The notes under the pieces: model-generated | What the model was told of the DNA's origin: nothing | The model's database searches: none | The model's input: the letters and a program-made list of their open reading frames with translations, nothing else | Translations under genes and position numbers: made by a program | In this document: positions 28,931 through 38,215 of the stretch, piece after piece | How positions within the stretch are numbered: position 1 is the first letter of the stretch | Layout: the number at the start of each line of letters is the position of its first letter | IMG/VR virus record: IMGVR_UViG_3300032297_000320 | Coordinates: 1 to 59,403 of that record | Source: a virus | Lineage: Duplodnaviria > Caudoviricetes | Length of the DNA: 59,403 bases | Reading direction: 5' to 3' (one strand)

Positions 28931-30064
28931 TTAGATTTTGAGACGAAGACTGTCGTTGTTGCTCATATAGTTTAATATCTGAGCAGTGACAGAATCAGCA
29001 GCTTTTGACTGGGCGGGACGTGGACTAGAAACATCCACATTCGCAGCCGTCTCCACGAGCTTGCGCTGGCCATCACTGAGACCTTGCTTGTAGATTGAAT
29101 TAACAATTTCGTCAATGTTGTCTACCAAGGCTCGGTGAGAGTTCAGCAACTCGAAGTTCCAGCTTCCGCTGTCATCGACATACTGATCGAAGAACTCGTC
29201 AAGGCGGGCGTTCTTATCCTTTAGGCTCGACTTGTACTGGTCGTTGATACCGAAGTTGAACTCTTGGTCACCAAGCTGAAAGCTCAGTGCTTCAAGTGAA
29301 TCAACCTCTTGGCTCATCGTGCGAATCCAGTTCTCGTCAATGGGACTTTGAACTTCCTCTTGAGAGGCTTCTTGCTTCACGGGCATACGATAGTTTTCGC
29401 GCAACTTTTCGATGTCCCGTTTAGCTTTATCCGCATCAATCTTCAATTGAATCTTCGATAACCGAATCTCTTCATCACTGAATAGGTCCTCGTCAACTTT
29501 GTACTTGGACTTCACCAGCAAATCGACATCTTCGTTAGAGAGGTTAGGATAGTCAACAGCCATCTGTAGTTTCACAGCGCTGAGGTCATCCATCTCGGAC
29601 GGATTAATAGATTGGTAGCGAAACCAGTCGTACGGATCACGTCCCGTCTCTGCAACGAAGTCGGCAATCGCCTTGACTCGTTCGTCAATTGATGGGCTTT
29701 TTTGAGCTTCCAGAATCTTAGTAAGTTGTTCGATGCTATCGATGGAAACGCCGAGCTTTTCACTGACGTAACCTGCGATTGCAGCCTCGAACTCTTGCTC
29801 AGACATCTCTGGCTCAGGTTCATTTGTAAAAGAACTTTGAGCAATCTCTTGCTCAGGTTGCTGTACTGGCTCTGGAGTCTGGGTTGGTTCCAACGTTGCC
29901 TCTGGTTCAGGAGTAGGCTCAGCAGTCTGTCCGCTGAAGTCTAGCACTTCTGCACCTTCGGGCACCGAGAAGGTGGGGGCACTTAATTGCGTACCCTCTG
30001 GCACCTCTGAGTTGGTAACCTCAAATCCCATTGCTCCAAGAGCATCTTCAATGTCATTGTTCAT
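28931..30064 (-). CDS. Capsid scaffolding protein
   Basis: Acidic, EP-rich N-terminus; YKQGLSD motif; directly upstream of the capsid gene. Confidence 0.65.
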   Translation of the reverse strand: MNNDIEDALGAMGFEVTNSEVPEGTQLSAPTFSVPEGAEVLDFSGQTAEPTPEPEATLEPTQTPEPVQQPEQEIAQSSFTNEPEPEMSEQEFEAAIAGYVSEKLGVSIDSIEQLTKILEAQKSPSIDERVKAIADFVAETGRDPYDWFRYQSINPSEMDDLSAVKLQMAVDYPNLSNEDVDLLVKSKYKVDEDLFSDEEIRLSKIQLKIDADKAKRDIEKLRENYRMPVKQEASQEEVQSPIDENWIRTMSQEVDSLEALSFQLGDQEFNFGINDQYKSSLKDKNARLDEFFDQYVDDSGSWNFELLNSHRALVDNIDEIVNSIYKQGLSDGQRKLVETAANVDVSSPRPAQSKAADSVTAQILNYMSNNDSLRLKI

Positions 30065-30140
30065 ACTAAATAAATTTTAATTACAAAAGCAAAATTACTG
30101 CAAATTACTATTGCATATTTTGCAAGTGTTTCGTATGAGA

Positions 30141-30530
30141 CTACTTACGGAAGCGTGCTACCTTCTTGGCGATAGATTTGGGTTGGGCTACGAATTGTTT
30201 ACCCTTTGCTGTTCCCTCACGCTTGGCACGAGTTGTTGCTGCGTATTCTGCTGAGGATAAAGACTTTATTGCTTTTTCTGGTAGGTAGCGTTCACCTGTT
30301 TCACTTGATGGCTTACCACTCTTTGTGCGCCAGTTTTGCTGGGTCCACTTTGATAGAGATGTCGAACGCTTGGGGCCAACGAAAGAGCCTCCTGCTTTCT
30401 TGTATAACGAAACTGCTAATTGTGCTTTCCTCCCGCTCCACTCCCCAGAGTCCCCGCCCTTCGAGCCAGATTTCACTCGGGAAACTATCCGCTTCCACAG
30501 CTCTGGGTTCTTCTTTTTTGCTGTTGCCAT
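30141..30530 (-). CDS. Basic DUF5872-like protein
   Basis: SKGG..GEWSGRKAQL, SLSKWT.Q.W.TKSG, ERYLP. Confidence 0.7.
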   Translation of the reverse strand: MATAKKKNPELWKRIVSRVKSGSKGGDSGEWSGRKAQLAVSLYKKAGGSFVGPKRSTSLSKWTQQNWRTKSGKPSSETGERYLPEKAIKSLSSAEYAATTRAKREGTAKGKQFVAQPKSIAKKVARFRK

Positions 30531-30533
30531 CGC

Positions 30534-30821
30534 TCACCACTTTACTTTGTCAGCCCAATAAGCTGCACTCATTTTACCTTTAGCAATATTCTTTGCGTGG
30601 CGAGCCTTGAAGCTTGCACGCTTCTTTGCACGAGCAGGAGATGGATTGCTTTCCGTTACAGTGTCTGCACCTTTCTCTCCGAATCGGATAAGTCGAACTT
30701 TGTCACCGACCTTAGCCAAAACAATGTGTGACTTCTTAGGGTGCGAAGGCGTTGCCTTTGCCTTGTTGACCCCTGCAAGTCCGTGCTTTTTTAGAAGATT
30801 CTTTACTCGGTTGTCCATCAC
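30534..30821 (-). CDS. Small basic conserved phage protein
   Basis: IRFG...SFKARH...SAAYWADKVKW. Confidence 0.7.
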   Translation of the reverse strand: MMDNRVKNLLKKHGLAGVNKAKATPSHPKKSHIVLAKVGDKVRLIRFGEKGADTVTESNPSPARAKKRASFKARHAKNIAKGKMSAAYWADKVKW

Positions 30822-31180
30822 TGCTCAAATAATACGAAGAATACAAATCTACCCCATATATACAGGGCAATTCCACCAACCCATTGGTCGTTTACCTTTC
30901 TTACAGCAGCCTTAGGCTCCATAAGAGCTTTGCGTAGCATCTCAGTAGTTCTTACGTTCTGCGTAGCCAAAGAGTCAGCAACAGACTTTATACCACGATA
31001 GTCTACGCTTACAGAGTCAATGTCCTTCTTTAGCTTAACGAATCTGCTGTTCATTGCAGCAGCCTGAGACAGCTTAAGTACGACTACTGTATCACTTCCC
31101 TCCACCCGTTGAATCGGGTAGGATTGCGAGTACATCGAAAGGCTGAGCAGCAGGCTCAGACTTAATAGCAACAATCTCAT
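30818..31180 (-). CDS. Secreted/membrane protein (possible lysis accessory)
   Basis: Signal peptide (MRLLLL...YSQ) and C-terminal hydrophobic segment. Confidence 0.55.
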   Translation of the reverse strand: MRLLLLSLSLLLSLSMYSQSYPIQRVEGSDTVVVLKLSQAAAMNSRFVKLKKDIDSVSVDYRGIKSVADSLATQNVRTTEMLRKALMEPKAAVRKVNDQWVGGIALYIWGRFVFFVLFEQ

Positions 31181-31436
31181 CTTCCATTACTTTAACTTGT
31201 TCAACGAGCTGCTCGTTTTGCTCTTCCAGTACCTCGATGACTTGCTTCATCTTGCTTACGCTCTCGGATACTTGTTTGTCTGCCATAGCTGAAACAGCAC
31301 TTGCCTTACGCATTGTCTTCTTTGACTTCTCGATGATGATGTCGATGGGATCAGCCTGAACGTTCTGCTTTTTCTGGTCGGCTAAAACAGCGCCAACAGC
31401 AATACCAGTAATCAGGAGGAGAGTTATGTTTTTCAT
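31092..31436 (-). CDS. Membrane-anchored coiled-coil protein (possible spanin-like)
   Basis: N-terminal TM helix followed by a long coiled coil. Confidence 0.55.
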   Translation of the reverse strand: MKNITLLLITGIAVGAVLADQKKQNVQADPIDIIIEKSKKTMRKASAVSAMADKQVSESVSKMKQVIEVLEEQNEQLVEQVKVMEDEIVAIKSEPAAQPFDVLAILPDSTGGGK

Positions 31437-31684
31437 CGTGTCTGGATAAGCATTTCGTTCTTAGCACTTGTGTAGGCCAAAGCTGAGTCGAGTTTACGGA
31501 TGTGTTCCGTGTACTTGTCAACCTTTACCTCTAGCTCGTTGACACGAGTTTGGCATCGGTCGTCAATTGTTTCTGACGTCATCTTCTGGTCTACATAAAG
31601 ATAACCTATTGCGACAAGCGCAATAAACGCAATAGCGGCAACTGGGTTCTTCTGGAACTGATCGAAAGATACAGGTAGCTTCAT
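31433..31684 (-). CDS. Membrane protein with coiled coil (holin-like)
   Basis: One TM helix (AAIAFIALVAIGYLY). Confidence 0.55.
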   Translation of the reverse strand: MKLPVSFDQFQKNPVAAIAFIALVAIGYLYVDQKMTSETIDDRCQTRVNELEVKVDKYTEHIRKLDSALAYTSAKNEMLIQTR

Positions 31685-31935
31685 TTCTTGGCAAACTTCT
31701 CAAGTCCTGCGATTCCGAATGACCCAAGCGTAATTATAACGAAAGAGTTATATGTGAACTCGTTTATGACAAGATCTTTCCCCATAAGTCCAGATACAAC
31801 GTCTGCAATCATCACGATTACCATAACAGCAAAAGAGAAGAAACCAATGATGGTCTTTTCGTTCCAACTGTTGTCGTCCTTAAAGATAGAGGCGAAGCCC
31901 ATAAGTTTGCCTTTTATGTAGGTAAAGATTTTCAC
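31681..31935 (-). CDS. Two-TM holin-like membrane protein
   Basis: Two hydrophobic segments and a basic C-terminus. Confidence 0.55.
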   Translation of the reverse strand: MKIFTYIKGKLMGFASIFKDDNSWNEKTIIGFFSFAVMVIVMIADVVSGLMGKDLVINEFTYNSFVIITLGSFGIAGLEKFAKK

Positions 31936-31975
31936 TTGTCAACTAAATGGGTTTCAACTGGTGCAAATTTATGGC

Positions 31976-32003
31976 AAAAAGAAAGGGCCCATTTTAGGAC
32001 CCC
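31976..32003 (-). terminator. Intrinsic terminator
   Basis: gggtcctaaaatgggccc followed by tttcttttt on the - strand. Confidence 0.6.
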
Positions 32004-32029
32004 ATCTGCACTATATGTATGGCTGCTGA

Positions 32030-32281
32030 CTACTCAATCACCTCAGCACCAGTCGATGGCGTAAACTCACCAGTGGCGAGATCGATAGTGCCGTCGCCGT
32101 ACTTATCGTAGATTTTTGCACGTACGTCCTTCATTGAAGACTCAGCCTCTTCGTAGGAAGCGATAAGCTTAGCCTTGCGGGATTCGATAAGTGCGATGGT
32201 TCCAAGCTCTGTCTTGACCGACTCCATCAGTGACTGAAGCTGCTTGATGTTCTCTAAGAACTCTTTGTTTACTTGTGACAT
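32030..32281 (-). CDS. Small coiled-coil protein (possible fibre chaperone)
   Basis: KYGDGTIDLATGEF C-terminus; follows the fibre gene. Confidence 0.65.
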   Translation of the reverse strand: MSQVNKEFLENIKQLQSLMESVKTELGTIALIESRKAKLIASYEEAESSMKDVRAKIYDKYGDGTIDLATGEFTPSTGAEVIE

Positions 32282-32306
32282 AGATTAAATTATTTATGCA
32301 AATATA

Positions 32307-35300
32307 CTATACTGGACCAGATGTAGCGAGCAGAGAGAAGCTCGCGAAGTTTACTTCTGGACTGTTAGCATTTAAATCAATCATTTGTACACGAATAGTG
32401 TCACCAGTAGCAACATACTCTTCAATTGGTATGTGGTATGTGAATATGGTGTTCGCAGAATCGTTTCCTAATGAATTTAAATAACCAGTCCAAGTGTGTG
32501 TTGAATCGGTTATGATTGCGCTTTGAGTTTGATTGTATAAACGTATACCAACACAAACAAAATCTGCTGACTCTTTCTGATTTTCAATGCTTATCATTAC
32601 GGTAGCTAAGTTCTCAGTATAGACGCCATCGCTATCGACTGGTGCAGAAAGTTGAATGTTTGTTCCATCTATATTAACTACTGACCAACTTGAAGTGACT
32701 ACAAATGGAGTAGTCAAAGCACTTTGGTACATTGACGCAGCATACACAGGATATGGTATGAACTGTGATCCTATCGTGACAGTGTCAGTGGTGTCGTCCG
32801 TGGTAATTGAAACGCCATACCCAGCCGCAATATTTAGCGTGTCTTCAATCGCATCAGCAACAATCGTTGCCTGACCACTAACAGCAACATTCTTAAATGC
32901 AACCTGAGCATAACGTTCGTCAAGGTCTGTAGCGCCAACTCCCAATACGTGGCCAAACTCGTCAACAGCAATATTCTGTAAAACGAAACCATCGCTATAG
33001 TCAGTTGATGTAGGAGATGCTGCATCCTCAAGACTACCGATTGCAATAGCAACCTCACCAAGCGCCTCAAAGATTCCTCCATCAGCAATAACCCTATCTC
33101 TAAATGCTTCAGCTGTTGTGAAGTCAGCACCAGTTGCTGTTCCGTGAGTTACCGTTATAGAGCCACTAGACGTAATAGGGCCACCACTAACCTCAATCCT
33201 ATCTCCGGCAGTCAAATTAATGCTTGTTACCGTTCCAACACTCCAAGTCCTGTTTGCACTGAGGTCATATGATGTTCCGTTGATCGAAAGTGTTCTTGTT
33301 GTGGGAACCCCACCGAGGCCAGTAAGTGTGTACTCTGGTATGTTTAAAGTACTAGATACAAATGTTGCAGCACCAGAGTTACCAGTAGTGGTTAGCGTAA
33401 TAGCATTTTGCTTGCTGTTAAATGTAGTCCAGTCGGTAGAAGACAGCGCTCCACGATTTGTTGCAGAAGCTGTTGGGACATTTAATGTGATGACTGGCGT
33501 AGTACTACCATTAGCAACCGTACTGCTTAAGTCAGTACCTGTAGTGCCAAGGGTAAGGGCGGCAACACTAGTAACTGTGCCATCATATTGATCGTTAGAT
33601 GTGATGGTGAAGCTCGGGTATGTGCCAGTTACAACAGTGGTGCCAGCTCCCGTCAAAGAAACAACCTGATCTGGTGCGCTGTTGGTAATCGTGAGGGTGT
33701 CAGTTAGTGCTGCGGTTGTAAGCGTTATTCCGGTTCCCGCCGAAATAGTTAACGTATCATTAGCAGAGTCTGCAACAATGTCTGACTGTCCAGATACTGC
33801 AATGGTGGTAAACGAACTTCCAGCCTTTCCGTTAAATGTATTCCAATCAGTAGACGAAAGGTATCCATCTGCAGCAGCACCAGATTGAGTAATACCAATA
33901 GTACCAGTAGATGTAATCGTACCACCTGTAATTGGCGCAGTAGTAGCAATAGAAGTTACTGTACCTCCCGATGAAGGAGACGAGTTGGTAATCGTAAAGT
34001 TTGGATACGTACCAGTTACACTGATTCCAGTGCCCGCAGTCAGTGCAACTGTTTGGTCTGGAGCTGAGTTAGTTACCGTAAAGTTTGGATAAGTTCCACT
34101 TGTAGTTATTCCAGTTCCTGCCGTCAAGACCACAGTTTGATCTGGGGCACTATTGGTAATCGTAAAATTCGGGTAGGTTCCAGAAGTAGATATGCCTGTA
34201 CCAGCTGTTAATACTACGGTTTGGTCTGGAGCTGTATTCGTAACCGTAATGCTGCCACTAGACGTAATCGGACCTCCGCTTACACTGATTCCCGTACCCG
34301 CCGTCAGGTCAACGCTCGTTACCGTTCCGTCGTACTGATCGTCGCTATTTATGGTAAAGCTTGGGTAGGTCCCAGTGATGGTCGTGGTTCCGGTTCCAGT
34401 CAATACTACTGTTTGGTCTGGAGCTGAGTTCGTAATAATCCCAGTAGAATTATCGTAAGAAATTCCAGTGCCAGCGCTGAGTGCTGCGCGAGATCTGGCA
34501 TCTGTGTAGTACAGATTGGTTGATCCCTCTGTAATATCGTCCGTGTCAAGTGTGATTGCACCAATACCAAGAACGTGACCAAACTCATCAACAGCAAGAT
34601 TCTGAAGTACTGTTCCACCACTATAGTCTGTGGATGTTGGCGAGGCTGCATCTTCTAGTGAGCCAATGGCAATAGCAACTTCTCCAAGTGCTTCGAAGAT
34701 TCCTCCGTCTGCAATGACTCTGTCTCGGAATGCTTCTGCCGTTATAAAGTCAGCACCATCAGCTACGCCGTGGGTAACAGTAATTGATCCACTAGTTGTA
34801 ATCGGACCACCGCTAACATCGATGCGATCTCCTGCGGTTAGGTTTACACTAGTAACTGTTCCGTCGTATTGGTCGTCACTACTTATGGTGAAATTAGGGT
34901 AGGTTCCAGTAATTGTTGTTGTTCCTGCGCCCGTAAGAGAGACAATCTGATCTGGTGCTGTATTTGTAACAGTGATACTACCAGATGTAGTGATTGGTCC
35001 GCCGCTGACGCTAATGCCAGTTCCAGCCGTTAAGTCTACACTAGTTACGGTTCCGTCATACTGATCGTTTGAAGTAATCGTAAAACTCGGGTACGTTCCA
35101 GTAACAGAAGTTGTGCCAGCACCAGTGATAGATACCACTTGGTCTGGTGCGCTATTCGTAATCGTTAAAGTGTCAGTGCTAGCATCAGTTGTAATTGAAA
35201 CGCCAGTTCCAGAAACTATTGTTAATGTATCGCTTGCTGAGTCAGCTACAATGTTTGATTGACCACTTACTGAAATAGTGGTGAAAGAAGTTCCAGCTTT

Positions 35301-37742
35301 TCCATTGAATGTGTTCCAATCAGTAGAGCTTAAGTATCCGCTCGTCGTAGAACTAGATTGAGAAACAGCAATTGTAGTTCCTGACCCAATGACAGCATTG
35401 GTGCCACCAGTTATAGTAAGAACTGATGATGTTGTCTCTGTAAGGTTACCTTTTGCTAATGCAGGCTCTTTGCTGTTAAATGTATTCCAATCGGTAGAGC
35501 TTAGGTAGCCATCTGAAGCGGTTCCAGACTGAGTGATTCCGATAGTCCCAGTAGTGGTGATTGTCCCTCCAGTAATCGGAGCCGTAGTAGCTATAGATGT
35601 TACAGTTCCAACGTATTGATCGTTAGATGTAATAGTGAAGTTTGGATATGTCCCACTAACAGACGTCGTTCCGGCTCCCGTGAGTGATACTATTTGGTCG
35701 GGGGCTGTGTTTGTTACCGTTATGCTTCCAGAAGTGGTAATGGGTCCTCCGCTTACGCTAATCCCTGTTCCTGCAGTAAGGTCAACTGATGTAACGGTTC
35801 CACCAGTGCCTGTTGCGCTAATGGTAAAGTTTGGATAAGTCCCAGTTACTGATGTGCCTGTTCCTGCAGTAATAGCTACAATTTGATCGGGAGCCGAGTT
35901 GGTGATAACACCAGTAGAATTGTCATAAGATATTGCTGTGCCTGCACTGAGGCTTTGACGTGCACGAGTAGTGGTGAAGTACAGATTCGTTCCCTCAGTA
36001 AGGTTTGTTGTACTGAACGGCTGAAGAGTAACGGTAGCAGTTAGCGTTCCTGCGTCTTGCTGAGTCAACGTGAGTACTCCAGTAGAGGTGTTGTACGAGA
36101 ACGCAGTGATGCTGTCGTTGTATGCCGTGTTCCAGTTGGCTTGCGATGCAGTGGTAGGAAGTGAGTATCCACTAGCAAAAGCTAAAGCAAGAGTTCCACT
36201 TGTAGTAATTGGATTTCCAGAAATAGCGAACCCAGTAGGTACGCTCATATCAACACTAGTAACAGTTCCAACGTACTGATCAGTAGAGCTTATTGTAATT
36301 GTGTCAGCAACAGCGCTAGTAGTAATTGTTACGTTAGATCCAGCAACAAGAGTAAGTGTGTCATTATACGAATCAGCAACTACATCACTTTGGCTAGCAA
36401 CAGCAATAGTCTTGAAAGCTCCAACCGCAACATTCTGCCACTCCTGAGATGTTGAGTTGTAAAACAAAAAGTCTTGATTCTGAGGAGACGTTATAACAAC
36501 GTCTGACAAGTCCTCAAGCTTTAAGTTTGTCGTTGATCCTCCTCCAGAACCTAAGCCCCTGAATAGGCCAGCCTGAATAAACGTAGCATCACCCAATGAC
36601 GACAAGTTCGAAGCACCACCACGAGGAATTACGTATCCAAGGAAGATTGAGTTCAGCGCGGTAATCGGAGCCTCACTAAATGGTTCGTATGGGATGTTAT
36701 CAATAGCATCACCTTGGCTGTTGTAAATCTGAGTTCCGTAGTAACAGATAATATCGTCTGGAGCAGAAGGGAATGTATATAAGCGCTGAATTGTCCACTG
36801 ATTGTTGTTTACAGTCTGCAGCGTTCCGCTTCCATTGTCGTACTTAGTTGGATCTATGTTGTTATAGTAAGACCCGCCATTGTTGTCAAACACATATCCT
36901 CCACTTCCGTTCCTGTATATCCTACACAGCAAAGACGGTATTTTTGCTGAAATGATAATCTTGTCTGGGTCAAACTGATCAATTTGATAGTTAGATCCAA
37001 TAATAAATCCTTCTCCAGCTGACCTATTAATCCTTAAGTTTGATCCGTTTGCGCTGAGCGTCAGGCCCTGTTTCTTTATTGGCCCAAATGTCTGAATAAG
37101 TTCAAGCAGACGAGTAGGTGTTCCGTACGCTACGTTTTGGTCACCGGTAACAAGATTGATTGTAGCTAAATCAATATGGCATAGGTGACCTATGATAATG
37201 CTGCTCTTGTATTGAACATCAGTAAACGGAGTCGCTTGTTGCTGAAGGGCGCCTACTGAATCTATATACAGATATGTGAATGGCTGAGTAGTTAGATTCG
37301 TTGGAGTAATAGCGCTAAATGCGTCCCACGATATAGGTGTAACTATAGTAGACACACCAGATGATGTTGCCGCTTGAGACACAATTTGACCTACTCCAGC
37401 AGATATACTAAAAGTAGTTCCTCCAATAGATGCCGTTAACTCACCACCAACTAGTATTCCAGTTGATGCATTTTGGGTCTCGGTTGACGTAGATATAGTG
37501 TAGCTAGCTGTAACTTCTGATCCGTCTGCCTTTACAAGATGAAGCGTTTGGGTGCCTCCAACTGTGCTATAGTACGCTGATACAATGTCGTTAGGATCAT
37601 CCTCCTGTCCTACAGCTAAGATATCGCCACGTAGCTTCGAGAGCAACGTAAAGTAGGTAATGATTTTATCACTACGAGTCTGAGGACTGTATACGTTGAA
37701 CTGATCGCTTGGTAGGATCTTGAAGTCTACTTGGTTTGCCAT
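32307..37742 (-). CDS. Long repetitive tail/capsid fibre protein
   Basis: Repeats GTVTSV..TAGTGISVSGGPIT, NSAPDQ, GTYPNFTI and GYLSSTDWNTFN; ATG 37742 lies just after TACCTTTG. Confidence 0.8.
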   Translation of the reverse strand: MANQVDFKILPSDQFNVYSPQTRSDKIITYFTLLSKLRGDILAVGQEDDPNDIVSAYYSTVGGTQTLHLVKADGSEVTASYTISTSTETQNASTGILVGGELTASIGGTTFSISAGVGQIVSQAATSSGVSTIVTPISWDAFSAITPTNLTTQPFTYLYIDSVGALQQQATPFTDVQYKSSIIIGHLCHIDLATINLVTGDQNVAYGTPTRLLELIQTFGPIKKQGLTLSANGSNLRINRSAGEGFIIGSNYQIDQFDPDKIIISAKIPSLLCRIYRNGSGGYVFDNNGGSYYNNIDPTKYDNGSGTLQTVNNNQWTIQRLYTFPSAPDDIICYYGTQIYNSQGDAIDNIPYEPFSEAPITALNSIFLGYVIPRGGASNLSSLGDATFIQAGLFRGLGSGGGSTTNLKLEDLSDVVITSPQNQDFLFYNSTSQEWQNVAVGAFKTIAVASQSDVVADSYNDTLTLVAGSNVTITTSAVADTITISSTDQYVGTVTSVDMSVPTGFAISGNPITTSGTLALAFASGYSLPTTASQANWNTAYNDSITAFSYNTSTGVLTLTQQDAGTLTATVTLQPFSTTNLTEGTNLYFTTTRARQSLSAGTAISYDNSTGVITNSAPDQIVAITAGTGTSVTGTYPNFTISATGTGGTVTSVDLTAGTGISVSGGPITTSGSITVTNTAPDQIVSLTGAGTTSVSGTYPNFTITSNDQYVGTVTSIATTAPITGGTITTTGTIGITQSGTASDGYLSSTDWNTFNSKEPALAKGNLTETTSSVLTITGGTNAVIGSGTTIAVSQSSSTTSGYLSSTDWNTFNGKAGTSFTTISVSGQSNIVADSASDTLTIVSGTGVSITTDASTDTLTITNSAPDQVVSITGAGTTSVTGTYPSFTITSNDQYDGTVTSVDLTAGTGISVSGGPITTSGSITVTNTAPDQIVSLTGAGTTTITGTYPNFTISSDDQYDGTVTSVNLTAGDRIDVSGGPITTSGSITVTHGVADGADFITAEAFRDRVIADGGIFEALGEVAIAIGSLEDAASPTSTDYSGGTVLQNLAVDEFGHVLGIGAITLDTDDITEGSTNLYYTDARSRAALSAGTGISYDNSTGIITNSAPDQTVVLTGTGTTTITGTYPSFTINSDDQYDGTVTSVDLTAGTGISVSGGPITSSGSITVTNTAPDQTVVLTAGTGISTSGTYPNFTITNSAPDQTVVLTAGTGITTSGTYPNFTVTNSAPDQTVALTAGTGISVTGTYPNFTITNSSPSSGGTVTSIATTAPITGGTITSTGTIGITQSGAAADGYLSSTDWNTFNGKAGSSFTTIAVSGQSDIVADSANDTLTISAGTGITLTTAALTDTLTITNSAPDQVVSLTGAGTTVVTGTYPSFTITSNDQYDGTVTSVAALTLGTTGTDLSSTVANGSTTPVITLNVPTASATNRGALSSTDWTTFNSKQNAITLTTTGNSGAATFVSSTLNIPEYTLTGLGGVPTTRTLSINGTSYDLSANRTWSVGTVTSINLTAGDRIEVSGGPITSSGSITVTHGTATGADFTTAEAFRDRVIADGGIFEALGEVAIAIGSLEDAASPTSTDYSDGFVLQNIAVDEFGHVLGVGATDLDERYAQVAFKNVAVSGQATIVADAIEDTLNIAAGYGVSITTDDTTDTVTIGSQFIPYPVYAASMYQSALTTPFVVTSSWSVVNIDGTNIQLSAPVDSDGVYTENLATVMISIENQKESADFVCVGIRLYNQTQSAIITDSTHTWTGYLNSLGNDSANTIFTYHIPIEEYVATGDTIRVQMIDLNANSPEVNFASFSLLATSGPV

Positions 37743-37811
37743 ACAATTGCAAAGGTACAAAACGTCAAAGGGGCACGATTGGCCCCTGTAACGTATATAA
37801 AGATACGAACG

Positions 37812-38204
37812 TTATTTTAAGGTCGGAGGTACTGGAGGCAGACAGTACTCAGCTGTTGGATTAGCCACGCAGTATGCGGTAGCGTATTCCGTATCAAGGG
37901 TGTAGCCCATACTAGAAACACCAACTGGGAGTGGCCAGACCAAGTAAGGAACGAAGGCTGCAAGAACCTCGTCGTGCCATACAATGTCAACAGCATAGTT
38001 AGGGTCTGTCACCTCGCATACTTGGTTACCTTCTGCATCGGTTCCCCACTCAAGACAGAGATTCCCAAGCTCAACTACAACGTCTACGATTTCGTTGTTG
38101 TAGTAGGTTGTTTCACCTTCGGGACCTTCTGAGGTCTTTTCGATTAGTGGCTTTAGTTCTTCCCACTTACCTACTGGGAAAGAGAACTTGCGAAATTTTT
38201 GCAT
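37812..38204 (-). CDS. Hypothetical fibre-associated protein
   Basis: 130-aa ORF between fibre genes; YAVDIVW motif. Confidence 0.6.
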   Translation of the reverse strand: MQKFRKFSFPVGKWEELKPLIEKTSEGPEGETTYYNNEIVDVVVELGNLCLEWGTDAEGNQVCEVTDPNYAVDIVWHDEVLAAFVPYLVWPLPVGVSSMGYTLDTEYATAYCVANPTAEYCLPPVPPTLK

Positions 38205-38215
38205 CGTATGTTGAT

